Assembly (NCBI GenBank): GCA_973895155.1 | Contig: OZ316891.1 | Span: 23,621,899 to 23,685,898 of the forward strand | Source: Marsupella aquatica | Taxonomy: Eukaryota > Plantae > Marchantiophyta | Direction of reading: 5' to 3' | Length of the DNA: 64,000 bases | Part shown: piece after piece, positions 52,301 through 64,000 of the stretch | Layout: each line of letters begins with the position of its first letter | Numbering within the stretch: position 1 is the stretch's first letter | Program-made: the position numbers and the translations under genes | Notes under the pieces: generated by a model | Database searches by the model: none | The model's input: only the letters and a program-made list of their open reading frames with translations | What the model was told of the DNA's origin: nothing

Positions 52301-53325
52301 GCGGCGAGGCGAGAGAACGAATCTCTGCTGGACCAGGTCCAGCTCCTCAAAGTGGACAATGACAGGCTTCGAAGGCAGCGGGATGGCCGTTCCCATTCGG
52401 GCGGCTCTGGCAAGCGTGCCAGGCATTAGCGGCGGAGTAGGAATAGATTAGGATTAGGATTGGCTTAGTCAGGCTCTTGGGACAGGCACCTGCCTTAGGT
52501 ACAGCAGCGCTGCCCTGCTGTCCAGCCTGCGTAAATTAGGATCTTCTAATAAGACACAGCCATTTTCCGGCCTGACTGTCAGCTTAGTTAGGACCTTAGT
52601 CAGCGAATCTTCAGCGTGAGGACACCCCGTTCCTCGGCTCTTAGTATTTAGTGCACCCCTCGGTAGAGGCAGGGGGGTTTTTAGTTTCAGAGTCGGACAT
52701 CCGCGGGACATGCGGGGAGTCCCGACCTCTGGGAATGACAGAGTACCAAGGGGAGGGGGTAGGACTAAGCTCGCTGGGCGAGTGCGGAGCCGGGCTCCGT
52801 TGTAGTGTGCACCCTCGGCCTTGAACCTGTGCATTCCAGGGCTGTCGTGTCAACTAAGTGTACGCATATGTTCCCTTTGTAGTAAAATCCTTTCCCATCA
52901 TTTTCCTTCGTGTAAATCGAGATTGTATGCATGTGTGCGCATATGTGTGTGGGTTTCTCGTATATGGGTAGCAGCGCCAGGCCGAACGCACTACCCGAGA
53001 CGTGCACAGGGTGCAGCCTACGGGTAAGTGGTTGCGAGCACGGGTTGAGGACCTGTATCATCGAATCCGGATCGAAGGCGGACAGCACGAAGGCTTAGAA
53101 GCCCTTAAGCCGGGGTTGATCCTGCTATCGACTAAGGTACGTTCCGGCGGCGGAACACAAACCATACCTAGGAGGTGTTCGTATTTAGCAGTATGCGCAC
53201 TTAGCGCTAGTTTACGAGAATAAGGTGCATTACGTGCTTCCCTTCCTGCCCGAACCCTCAGATTTACGAGGGATGTGCCCGTCTAAGCTGAAGTCTGAGT
53301 TAAGGCCGAAGCCTACGACGTGACA
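49336..53325 (+). mobile_element. Giant solo LTR family 4 (3990 bp) containing a long ORF
   Basis: TGTGAC...GTGACA, TSD AGAAC; its first ~870 bp are homologous to the 3' LTR start of the Gypsy at 55006. Confidence 0.9.
49802..52429 (+). pseudogene. LTR-borne ORF (about 870 codons, 3 in-frame stops): mobile-domain-like region plus coiled coil
   Basis: ORFs 49802-50059, 50066-51610, 51635-51841 and 51845-52429 share one frame; TATAAAA near 49694 upstream. Confidence 0.75.
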
Positions 53326-53330
53326 AGAAC

Positions 53331-54130
53331 AAGCTCCAAATTTATTTGATTACTCTGCAATTCAAACTAATGAGCTGGTTGTTGATGCTCTAAAGGAAGG
53401 TTTGCAGGAAGCAAAGGATTTGTTGTGCAAGCTGAACATGTCACCAAGGAGTTCTTTGCCAACAGCAAAAAGATGATGGTGGGTTCATCCTTGGGAGGTG
53501 GAGGCAGAGACTTGGCCGGATACAAGTGTCATGAAAGAGGCTGTGTTATGTGATGATGCTGAAGACACAGTTGAGCATCAATCTACTATAGGCCCTAGAC
53601 CTGAGCCCCCAATTGGAGAGTTTCTAGAGTTTGAAGATCCTGAAGAAGATCTCAATTGGATTGATTCATGGGACACTCTGGACAGTCAGGATTGTATTGA
53701 GCCACTAACAGTTGATGATTGTTCGATTGAGGTGGACACTAACCCATTTTGTGAGATGGAGACACTAGGACATGAAGTAAGGCATGTCTTGGCTGGAGTT
53801 CAAGCAGACTTAACTGATGTGCAGACACCCCGGTCAGTAGTGTCTAGTGTAACTTATGAGGGAAGGACTATCTACAAGTCCACTCTTGTGAGTCAATTGT
53901 GCTACAATCCTTTCATGTCAAAGGATAGGCTAACTAGGATAGCCCAGAAGACCTATTACACTACTGGTAAGGAGAAGGAAAATGGTGACTCTGTGACTTG
54001 TTTGTTTGACATTGGTACTGATATAGCAGTTTTGTTTGAGTTTGCTACAGAGGTTGGTCCTTCTACCAGATCATCCAAGTCAAAGAAGAGGAAGGGAATA
54101 GATAAAGGGCCTGTTGTTGATGCAACATCT
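53331..54130 (+). pseudogene. P-like transposase fragment 3
   Basis: Continues the frame after the AGAAC TSD (QAPNLFDY...IYKSTLVSQL...SKDRLTRI); truncated by LTR sequence. Confidence 0.55.
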
Positions 54131-55006
54131 GCAGACGGCCCTGTCGACCGGGTAGTGCTGAACTCGCTGTTGATGATAACCCGGACCCGAGCGGGGATGT
54201 GGCCGAAGTGATGCCGCTGCAAGTTGATCGTGCCCGGGATATTGAAGACCTCATCCGGGAGCCAAAGCAATGCCTCCTAGAAGCCGATGTATTTGCCTTT
54301 GTCAAAGAAGTACCCTGATACTTCTTTGGGTCGGTAAAGCTCGCTTTGGGATGGATAATCAAAGTTAAGGAGATAGTGGTGTTGTCCTGCTAGGCGGATG
54401 GCTCTCTTGTATTCGCGTTCAATCTCGTATCGGCGCAAGTTGGCGTGTTTCAATGAGTCAGCCAAGTGCCCTCTGATAGACAGGAACTGAGTCCAAAATC
54501 GTATGGCCAAACTGGAAAGGATTGTGTGCGACATTCAGAGGAGATAACAGGTGACTAAGGAAAAGTGAGAGAGAGACGGGGTCAAAGCTAGCGCGTGAAC
54601 TGAAGAACTGGTGCACTGCAAAGGATCGGCCACCTTTTATACCCTGAGAGCTCGTCGATCGCCCGACGCCTCCTTGTCGCTTATAGGCCAAGCCTTTCAT
54701 GCTCGCAGTGTACCGGCCCCTTCGCCGGTCCGGGTCAACTCGTGTCAGTGGCCGCCTCTCGGGGTTTGTTATACGGACCTGAGGGGGGAAAGGGGGCCCA
54801 TTACACGCTCACAACCCGGGCGTGCGAATGGAGACCCACCGCCAGCCCGAACATGAATTCCCCTTATTGACTAATGATTTCCTACTCATAATGGCTACCT
54901 AAATACTGTTGTTATGCTAATAATAACGGCCTAAGATACCCCTAACGCGCATGCTAAGCGCGGTTAGACCGGATCACTCATTACCCGTCGTATCGGCGGC
55001 ATCACA
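54131..55006 (-). repeat. Truncated 3' LTR (family 4-like) of the adjacent Gypsy
   Basis: Starts TGTGATGCCGCC right after the integrase end; colinear with 49336-50205. Confidence 0.85.
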
Positions 55007-58000
55007 TAGCTCCCTGTTTAATTGTGAAGCATCCTCGCAAACATCACTCTCGACGTCGTCGTCTTGATAGTGGTACTTCTTCACACGATCATAACTAACT
55101 CGCGTGGGTAGTAAATCGCCGACGTACGTTGCAAGTTCCAAAGATCCGTTAGGATAGATCTGATTGACTAGGAAAGGCCCTAACCAATGGGTATGAAGCT
55201 TCCCCAGAAACTGCATGTACCTACTGTCGTACAGCAGGACTAGATCGCCTGTCATGACGTCGACCTTCCGTAGTCCTTTGTTGTGCTGCTTCTTGGAAGC
55301 TACCTGCTGCTTTACGACATGTCAAGCTGCCAGTAGCCGTGCTTCTTCTAATGCTTCAATCTGGTAAGCTCTGTCTGACAAACTTTCAGCTTCGGGTAAG
55401 CGATCCCGAATGCTTACCCGTGGAGTGTGGACTTCAAACTCAACGGGCACCAACAAATGTTGGCCAAACACGAGAAAGTATGGGCTGTGACTCGTAGTAG
55501 TCTTGTAAGCCAGATTATATGAGTACACCGCTACGTACCACTTGTCATCCCAATCCGTTTTGTGCACGGCTACTGTCTTGTTGAGGATCTTCCCAATGAT
55601 CCCATTGGCTCTCTCTGTCAGCCCATTGGCTTTAGGATGATACAGGGTAGTCTTGCGGTGCTTGACTAGGTAACGCTCCGTAAGCTGGGCTACGGTGTGA
55701 TTGAGGAAATGTGTTCCACGGGTCGCTTACTAATTCCAAGGGCAGCCCGAACTGCGTGAAGATCTGCTCGTATAAGAACCTGGCACTGGTTGTAGCGTTG
55801 TCCTTTACCGTAGCCCGTGCTTCGACCCATTTGGTGGAGTAATCTATAGCTAGTAGGATGTACCTGCATCTTCGTCTTCGGGTAACGGGAGTGAATGGCC
55901 CGATATAATCAATACCCCACTTCTCGAATGGTGCTAGCGGGAGCACAGAAGTGAGGGGGTGGTTATGGGTTCTCCTTGGGGCACCAGCCCGTTGGCACAA
56001 ATCACATCCCTTGATAAAGCGTTGTACATCTCGATGCAACGTAGGCCACCAATACCCCAAATCCAGAATCTTTCGGGCTGTCGTGAGAGACGCAAAATGA
56101 CCTCCAGCTTCTTCTTCATGCAAGGCCCGCATAACAATGAGCGTCTCCTTGTACTCTAAGCAGCGTCGTAGCTTCCCATTAACTCCTTCTTTATGTAGGT
56201 GACCCTGTATCATAAGTATGGCCTGGCCTTCCATAAAAACACAGTGGCGGCCTCCTGATTGATGTCGTCGGGGATGCGGCCTGTTAAGAGGAAGGTGATT
56301 ATTGAACCGTACCACGTAGGCGTTCCCGCCCCTATGTGGAATAACTCCTCATCCGGAAAAGTATCATTAATTGGTTGATTGACTGGTATGCCGTCTAGCC
56401 TTGAAAAGAAGTCGGCGTTGAGATGTGCCTTTCCTGGCCAAACCCAAACTTTGTAGTTAAATTCCTGGAGAAGTAGCACCCACCGGGCTATCTGTCCTGT
56501 CACATTCGCTTTGTTGACCATATACTTCAGGCTATCATGATCCGTGTGGAATATGACCTTGTAGCCAAGCAGATAGTGTCGGAACTTCTTACATGAGTAG
56601 ATTATTCCCAGAGCTTCTCGATCAATGGGAGAATAATTTTTTTTGGCTGTGAATAGTTGACGGCTAGCAAAGTAGATGGGGTGGTCACGTCCATCCTCAT
56701 CAAGCTGACTGAGTACGGACCCGATACAGAAGCCTGACACATCGACATACACATGGAACTCCTTATTCCAGTCCGGGGTGACCATGATAGGTGCGGTGGT
56801 GAGTCGTTTACGGAGTTCTTCGAAAGCAATCCGTCTCCTGGGTGTCTCCTTGATTACCGCGTCCTTCTTCATCATCTCAGTTAAGGGCAATGCAATTTTA
56901 GCAAAATCTTTAATGAACTGACGATAGTACCCTACACAGCCCAAGAAGGATCGTACCGCTTTTTGATCTACGGGAAACACCACCGCCATCCAAGCCGCGA
57001 CCTTCTCTTGGTCCACCTCGATACCCCGTTTGGACACACGATGCCCAAGTAACACTCCCTCCTCTACCCCAAAAAAACATTTGGCGGGATAAAGCTTGAG
57101 GTTAACCTCTCGGCATTGTTGTAGCGTACGTCGTAGATGTTCGGGGTGCATGGCGATGGTTCCAAAGATGGCAAAGTTGTCGATAAATATTTCCAGAAAT
57201 TCCCGTAGGAAATCGTGGAAGATATTCATCATGAGTCACTGAAACATGGCCGGGGCGTTACACAGCCCGAACGGCATTCTCCGAAATGCGAATGTCCCCC
57301 ATTCCGTAGTGAACATTGTTTTGAGCTGATCCAAGAGGCGGATCCAAATTTGATTATAACCCGAATACCCGTCAAGGAATGTATAAATTTTGTTTCGGGC
57401 TACCATATCTAGAACCATATTCGTGAATGGTAACGGGTAATGGTCTTTCTGGGTTGCGTCGTTCAACTTATGATAGTCTTGACAGATCCAAATCTTAGGT
57501 TTTCTTTCCGTACCTCCCTTCTTTGGTAACATGACATTGGGCGAAACCCAGTCGCTAGCCATTACCGAGTAGATGAAATCTGCGGCGAGGAGACGGTGAA
57601 TTTCCTCCTTCACTAAGATGGAGTACCTTGGGTTCATGCAACGTTGTCCCGGGTATAGCGATGGAGACAGGAAACAGGAAAACAGGATTTTTTTTTCCTG
57701 TTTTAAAAATGCTATTGCCAGGAAAAAATCACTATTACCAGGAAAAATGACAATTTAAAAATGTCTCCTAAAACATGTTATTTCCAAAAAAAATTAACAA
57801 TGCAATATTTTTGGCTAGCTTTGGGCGCTACTATTAGCAGCGCCGGGCGCTAGCAAAAAAAAGTGGTCGACCGGAAAAAAAACTTTTTTTTTCTCAAAAA
57901 AAAAAATTTCAGAAAAAATCAAAAGAAAATTCCACCTATTTTCCTGTTACCAGATTTTTAACCTGTTACCAGTTTATGTTATTAAATCCTGTTTCCTGTT

Positions 58001-59577
58001 TGCTGTCTTTTGTAAACACCTCGTTGTCCCTATCGTACCGCATGGGCCCCCAGGTTAAAAGACTTATCCATCCCAATGGTGTACTTCCGATAGTGCTCCT
58101 TCCTTATGACTTCCACCTGGTTCCGCAAGCTCAGGTCCAGGCTTGCATCTAGCTTAGCTAACCAAACTCCTCCGTACATGGGTGGAACCAGGATCGGTTT
58201 CGGATTTGGAGTTACTTCCTCCAATTGCAGGATGGACAGGTCCCATGAGACTCGTTTCTTAAGTCTCAATCTCGGGTCCGGGCAATTGTTCGGCCGGTTC
58301 GTGGTCACTAGGTCCTGCACTGGTAGAATCAGCATCGGCTCCCTACTTAGCTGGAGCCGTGTCCTCCGTATTGATGGGCCGTTTTTGTGTTTCATTGGCC
58401 CGGGCGGTAGAGGTGCTCGGGGTGGACTCAATAGCAACCTTCGGGTAATTCAGGAGATGCGTTTCCCGGGTTGCCTCTACTCCAAAGACATCTTCCTCGC
58501 ACAGGGACAAAATGAGTTCAATCATATTGAGCTCCTCTTCCTCCAAGGTCTCCGAATCATATTCCTCGGGTCCCTATGGGGTTTCACCCTGATAATCATC
58601 CATTGCCCATGATACTCGTACTGTGGGTGTCCCAAATCGTAGCTCCTTCTTTCCCCAATCCATGATCACACGGCCACCATACAACCATGGCCTGCCCACA
58701 AGGACCGGATAAGAGGAGGGCCAAACCGGCCTCATGACTAGGAAGTTGAGATAGAACTCCACCCCTCCTACAAGAGTGAGCACCCGCGTAAGCGTGCCCA
58801 ATGGAAGGACCCTTGCCCCGTTTGCTAATCTGATAGCTTGGGCTGTGGGTTGATACGTGAGGTATCCTAACTTGACTGATGTTTCCTCAATCATGATGTT
58901 GACTCCCGCTCCTCCGTCTACGAGAACCATCTTGATGGTACAATTATTGATCTCAATCAAGATGTCCAGCGCTCCTAGGTCCTCGCATATCATGTTGCAG
59001 TCCGCGATCCCAACTCGGGGTAGTCACCTCCGTCGCCGACCGGTAAGCAACTCCCTCAGTTGCCGTCGGTACTGTGGATTGTTCTGCAGCAGTTGCCCCT
59101 ACCGTTGCTGTAACCGGGCAACTTTTCACGTCTGCCTTAATATCATAGTCCTCCTTTTCTTCCTTCGGCTGCTATTTGGCTTCCTCCTCTTGCTTTTCTT
59201 GCTCCTATCACCGGGCAGCCTCAGCTACTTTGATGTCTTTATTGATTGCCTTCTGGTATTCTTGAGCTTCGTAGGCCTCCAACTGTTTCTTTGCCAATTC
59301 TTCGGTGTGGGGGTAAAATAGCTTTGGGTCGTCTTGACGGTAGTCATTGTCCTTCTTCGGGGGTATATCTATTGCTGGCTACACTGGAGTAGTATCTTGC
59401 TTTTTCCTGCGTTTCTCTTCCTGTTTCTCTTCCTTCCGCTTGGCTCTTGTTGACACTTGGTAGCACTCAGCCTCGTCAGATGGATTAGGGTGCTCCGCCA
59501 CGTCCACCAAATTTACCCACTCGGTGTTGTCATCTTGCCAGTCCACAACAATCATTTGGACGACTGCATCGCTTGTG
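55007..59577 (-). pseudogene. pol: Degenerate Ty3/Gypsy pol (PR-RT-RH-INT), non-chromovirus Athila/Selgy-like
   Basis: VLVDGGAGVN, FLDGYSGYNQI, RMPFGLCNAP, VYVDVS, WGIDYIGP, WLGPF; many stops and frameshifts; no chromodomain. Confidence 0.9.
57651..58021. mobile_element. MITE-like insertion (Mutator-like), 371 bp
   Basis: 9-bp TSD CGTTGTCCC (57642-57650/58022-58030); imperfect TIRs containing ACAGGAAACAGGA; interrupts RT. Confidence 0.75.
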
Positions 59578-61003
59578 TGTGGTGCGTCCCATGGCTCCCC
59601 AAACCCAAGAAACCCTCCCCCCGCCCAAGCCGATTCCCGCAGGTTTTGTGCTTGGCGAGGCCGTTTCCGCGGCTTAGCGGCATGGGACGCTGCTAACCTC
59701 CTACTACTACTATTAATATTTTACACACATATACTGGACAGATCCTTCATCGGGTCATGAGATACGCAGTTGGCCCAATCTATGCCTTCTCTTGTCTTTC
59801 CCTCCTGTTGGTTAGGTATATTTGGATTCCGCCGCCGGAATGATCCCCAATTGGTTTGGTTAAGCCGCTAAGACCTCTCTCAGCTTGACACATCCAACTC
59901 TCACTCCCTTGCTTACTTCTCTTCTTCTTGTTGATGTGGGCACTCTTCACACAAGTTAATGCGACACACAAATAGCAAAATGACTCCTTCTGACTGAGTT
60001 ATACCATGCACTTGCAATACAAACAGTACATCTCATACACAAGCTCTGCGAACTAAGCCGTGAGGCCAACTCTATTCAGTTCTTAGGTATGAGAAAACAT
60101 GAATATACACAAGGTCACTGTATAACTAACCGAGAGCTTCTCTTACTACTTGATCCCAGCCCTGCTGGTGCAACTAAAAACTTGCGAAAGAAGAGGCCCT
60201 GAACTCCCTGCAGCCCAGGTACTTATCCTGGTTGTGGATCCGCCTGATTCCTTGCAGCGTAAGCCTAATCTATCTACTGTAATCTACCTAACTATAATCT
60301 ACCTATGTACAGCAAGGCAGGAGCACAAGTGTCGCCCTCACCCGTGGATCCAAAATCCCACTAATCTAAGTGTCAGAGCCGACTCTTGGTCCTGATCCTA
60401 AATCTAAACTTGGAGATCAGTGCCCGCCCTGCCCACTCACGCCTCCTACCTCCACGTCCGCCTTCCCTAAAAGGGACGGCGCCCTTACACCGTCACGACA
60501 CCGGTGGCTGGTTCTCAATGGATGCCCCCAACGTTTCCTCCGCAGCCACTACCGTTGGTCCGTCCACTGACAGATTACCTGCCCTTGACCGAGTCAACTC
60601 TTCATCAGCCTGACTGGGTCCACCCCCGGCTTCGGCTTCATCATCGGTCCTGGCCTCCGATACGGCTACGGCCTCCGATACGGCTCAGGCCTCCCCAGCA
60701 TGTTCTAGCGGAGGATCCGGTCCATCTCCACTTCCTAGGACTGGTGGATCCACCGCCGTGCTGATGCCGGAGATTGGTGTCGGGTTTATCCTCTCGGTCA
60801 CCTCGGCTTGAGAAGCCGTATAACTCCCAGACCTAGAAGGTTTTCGCTTCTTCTTCTTCCCTATTTTGACAGCCAGTTCCTTCCCCTTGCTACCTACCTT
60901 TGGCACCGGGGTGAGTGTTTTGGCTTGTCCAGTGGCCAATACTACCCCTGGTAACTGGGTTCCCCCAATTGGAGTTGGACCTGATGAAGCCAAGCATTTA
61001 AAT
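59578..61003 (-). mobile_element. Giant LTR family 2, 3' portion, inserted in the gag-PR linker of the Gypsy
   Basis: Colinear with 16955-18386 plus 20770-20787. Confidence 0.85.
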
Positions 61004-64000
61004 TGTGATGCCTAGCTAGGAATCACTCGGCCAGTTAAGTAGGTAAAGCAGGAATGCACCCTGGAAACACCTTAGTATAGGGACAAAACAAGGAAAATAT
61101 AAACAATTAGGGGCGACTATGGAACCCGGGCCGAGGCCGGAGGTAAGGACATTGGGGGTGAAAACTCGATTAGGGTTAGGGCGCGCTAAGCATCGGCGGC
61201 TAGGAAGGATCAACGGGAGGAAGGACCGGAAGAGGAGAGGGGTAAGGAGCGCTTGCAGGAGATGGTGGCTCATTTGCGAGCACAAACTAGGCAGACGACT
61301 ACGGGAGGCCAACTACTGTCAGCTGCTTAGGCAAGCACTCGGGGAGAGAGTAGATACCGACGATCGACCTAAGGAGGGTATGAGCAATGTCAATCAAGCG
61401 GCACATTTCTGGGGATGCCTGTTCGAACGGGCAACTAAGTACATCAAGACTTACAAGGACGAAGAATCAGAAAGGGCAGCTCGAGAATGACAGGAGCTCG
61501 CTTGATTGTGGGAGCTGCAGAAAACGGCTTTCTTAGGAGGCAAACTCATCAAGGCCGAGTTCTTGTGGACTCCTACTTCCAATCAGCTCGACGATCTTTT
61601 GTTTTGCGAAGACAGAATCATCGGCATTCGAGAGGCCATCAAGAACTGCAACGACATACACTGGGAATTGAAGGGTAGCACGGAAAGGTGGACCCAGGCA
61701 ACAGTGCTAGGAGAAACCTCCACGGCAACCGAGATGAAGAGGAAGGGAGCCGTCAACGATGAAGCCACCCCGGCCAAAAGAACGAGGTCGGCGGCACCAA
61801 TGAAGCCAACCGAGCAGCAGAGCAGGAGGCAGGGAGAAGCCAAAGTGGAGGAGGTCGATCCCATTAATGCCATTCCAACCAGGGATGACACCTGGAAGGG
61901 CTGGGTGGCAACTCTACCAGTGGAGGTGCAACTACATTTTGCACGGGAGGAGGATGCATGCTTTACGGCCATGCAGACCAAGAAGTACCAAGGCTTCATG
62001 GCCGGATCCGGCTTAGAGGCCTTTGTAAGATTACCATGGCTGAAGCCGGAGGTGCCGGATTCAGACCTATTAGAATTTGTGGGGTCATGGGAACCCGAGA
62101 CCAATTGCACGAGGATATATGGGAAGGATTTCTATCTTACTCCCAAGGTAATTGCCGAAGTGTTTGGCTTGCCGATAGGCAATAAGACCAAGGTTGATAC
62201 CAGGAAGACCTTGCCTGACAAAGAGTTCTGGTCGTTCCCCGGGCCATCAACGAAGAATGGCTTCTTCCGGAACACCTGCACCAACCCACACATAGGAGAG
62301 ATGATCGACTTCTTGCGGGTGACCATGCATTGTAACTTGCCGAGGGCAGAGATTGGCAAGGCACAGGTCTATCTGGCAGAGAGGCCAGACCCAAGCCGGG
62401 ACTACAATGGGCACCTCCTCAACCAATTGAAGAAGATCTTAAAGGAGGAGCAGCAGGTAATCGGCATGGGGAGCGTGTCGCGGCTTGGCTATCACATGCC
62501 GCTGTTGTGCCGGTATGCCAGAGGTCAGACCTTTGCCCCAGTACTTCCCCTGCAGGTAAGGACACCCGAGGAAGCTCCAGCACCGAGGCCGGTAGCAGAA
62601 AAGCCTCAACCACCTGTTAGCCCTACGATTGAGCAGGTGTTTAGGCCAAGGAAGGAAGACTTGCCGATGCAGCAACCAGGCATGCAGAATCTGCTACTAC
62701 TGGAGAAAGAAAAGAGATCGGCAACGACAACGGCAACGGCAACAATGCAGGACACTGCCCCAGAGGTCAACCTAAGCAGACTTAGAAGGGAAAACCCCTT
62801 TACCGGAAATAAGGAGAGAATCAGGCCAGAATCCAAGCCAGGTGTTCGAATGTACGTAGGAGTCTCAAGCTCAGAATCTGAGGCAGAATTGCCTGAAGCT
62901 CCTACCGACGAAGAAGAGAGGGAGAAGCCGGAAGTCCAAGAAGTAGAGGAGGCAGTGGAGGACTGCAGCCATGATAACTCCGGCTATGGGTCGGACCATC
63001 ACGTTCCAGGAGTAAGGACCTGTGTCCGGTTTATCCCCACACTTCCAAGGGTAGTACGAGGGGACCCCAACCAGCAGAGTAGCCCTGAGTCTCCCCCACC
63101 AGATGTTTCTCCCCGAGCTTTGACGGCATAAAACAGACGGCGCAGGAATTTCAGGAGCGAATCAGGCAGGAAGGGGAGGCAGCCCTGGCTAGGGAAAAGG
63201 ATTTACCAGGAGGAGATTGGCCGGAGGACATCAGGCGGCTAGCCAAAAAAGGAAGCAAACCTCTAGCCACGATTGAAGAGATCCGCAAGACGGCTTGGGA
63301 GTAGAGGCCGCGATGGGCGATGCCGATCACTTCTACTTACTCCACCTACGCTAAGAATAGAGCCATGGAGTATGGTGAGATGTGTGGGGAACTTGCGCTC
63401 GGCATCTTTGGGGAGGAGTTGGAGGTAGGACCCTTTTTCCATAGGGAGCAGTTGGAGAAGCACCAATAAGATGAAGCGGTGGTTTTAGAGAGAAGCAAGA
63501 AGGACGAGGTCATCCGGTGGCTTAGGAGGATGGAAGCCGAGATTGAAGATCTAAGGGCGGCCAAGAAAGCCCAAGATGAACTGCGGATTAAGCGGCATGA
63601 GCTGAACATCATGCAGGGGCAGTTGGACACAGCGCAGGCTGATAGTCAGATTATCAAGGATAAACTGACTCAGACCCAGGGAGAATTGGCCGATGCAATC
63701 AAGGACAGGGAGAAATGGAAGAAGGAGCTGAGAGACGCAGAGGAGGCCCATATAGCAGTCAACAACTGGGTCATGGCGGAGACCCAAAGAAAGGAATGGG
63801 CGTTGAAGGGGGAGCTCGAGAAAAGCCGCGGAGCCCTTGAGCAGAAGGAGGCCGAGTTAGGGAAATCCTATCAAGGGATTATTGCGTTGCAGCAGGAGCT
63901 TGCGTCCCTAACGGCTAGCTTCAAGGCCGACCTAAGGGAGAAGGACGATATGCTCGATCAGACTTATGCCAAGATGAATAAAATGGAGTCTGAGATCGTG
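61004..64000 (+). mobile_element. Giant LTR family 2, opposite orientation, nested in the previous copy; runs off the window end
   Basis: Begins TGTGATGCCTAG, the reverse complement of the 24000 end; ORFs 61119-61490 and 61506-63131 are near-identical to 23885-21870. Confidence 0.9.

Noticed and set aside
59578-61003. 5' LTR of the Gypsy at 55007-59577
   Set aside because: Not homologous to the 3' LTR at 55006, no PBS, and it interrupts coding sequence.

Overview
This is eukaryotic, most likely land-plant, heterochromatin made entirely of nested transposons; no host gene was found. The base layer is a P-element-like transposase pseudogene broken into three pieces (3188-3612, 49078-49335, 53331-~54130). 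Inserted in it is a minus-strand Ty3/Gypsy-type element (3613-49073, 4-bp TSD TGTG), which is the standout. Its polyprotein reads Gag-protease-C5 cytosine DNA methyltransferase-RT-RNaseH-integrase-PHD. Its termini are split direct repeats (X...Y-X-Y) rather than two LTRs, its PBS looks self-priming, and its leader carries an antisense 5S-rRNA-type Pol III promoter. Nested inside it are a Tork/Tnt1-like Copia, a Bianca-like Copia, three mutually nested giant solo LTRs (two with long ORFs, one with only fragmented ORFs), and a 13-kb Sola-like DNA transposon. The Sola-like element carries ParB-like/N4-N6-MTase-like and NIF-phosphatase cargo plus arrays of a 25-bp palindrome. The right end holds another gene-bearing solo LTR, a degenerate non-chromovirus Gypsy pol with a MITE, and two further giant-LTR copies. 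All boundaries were read by eye from TSDs and termini, and family assignments come from motif recognition, not database searches.
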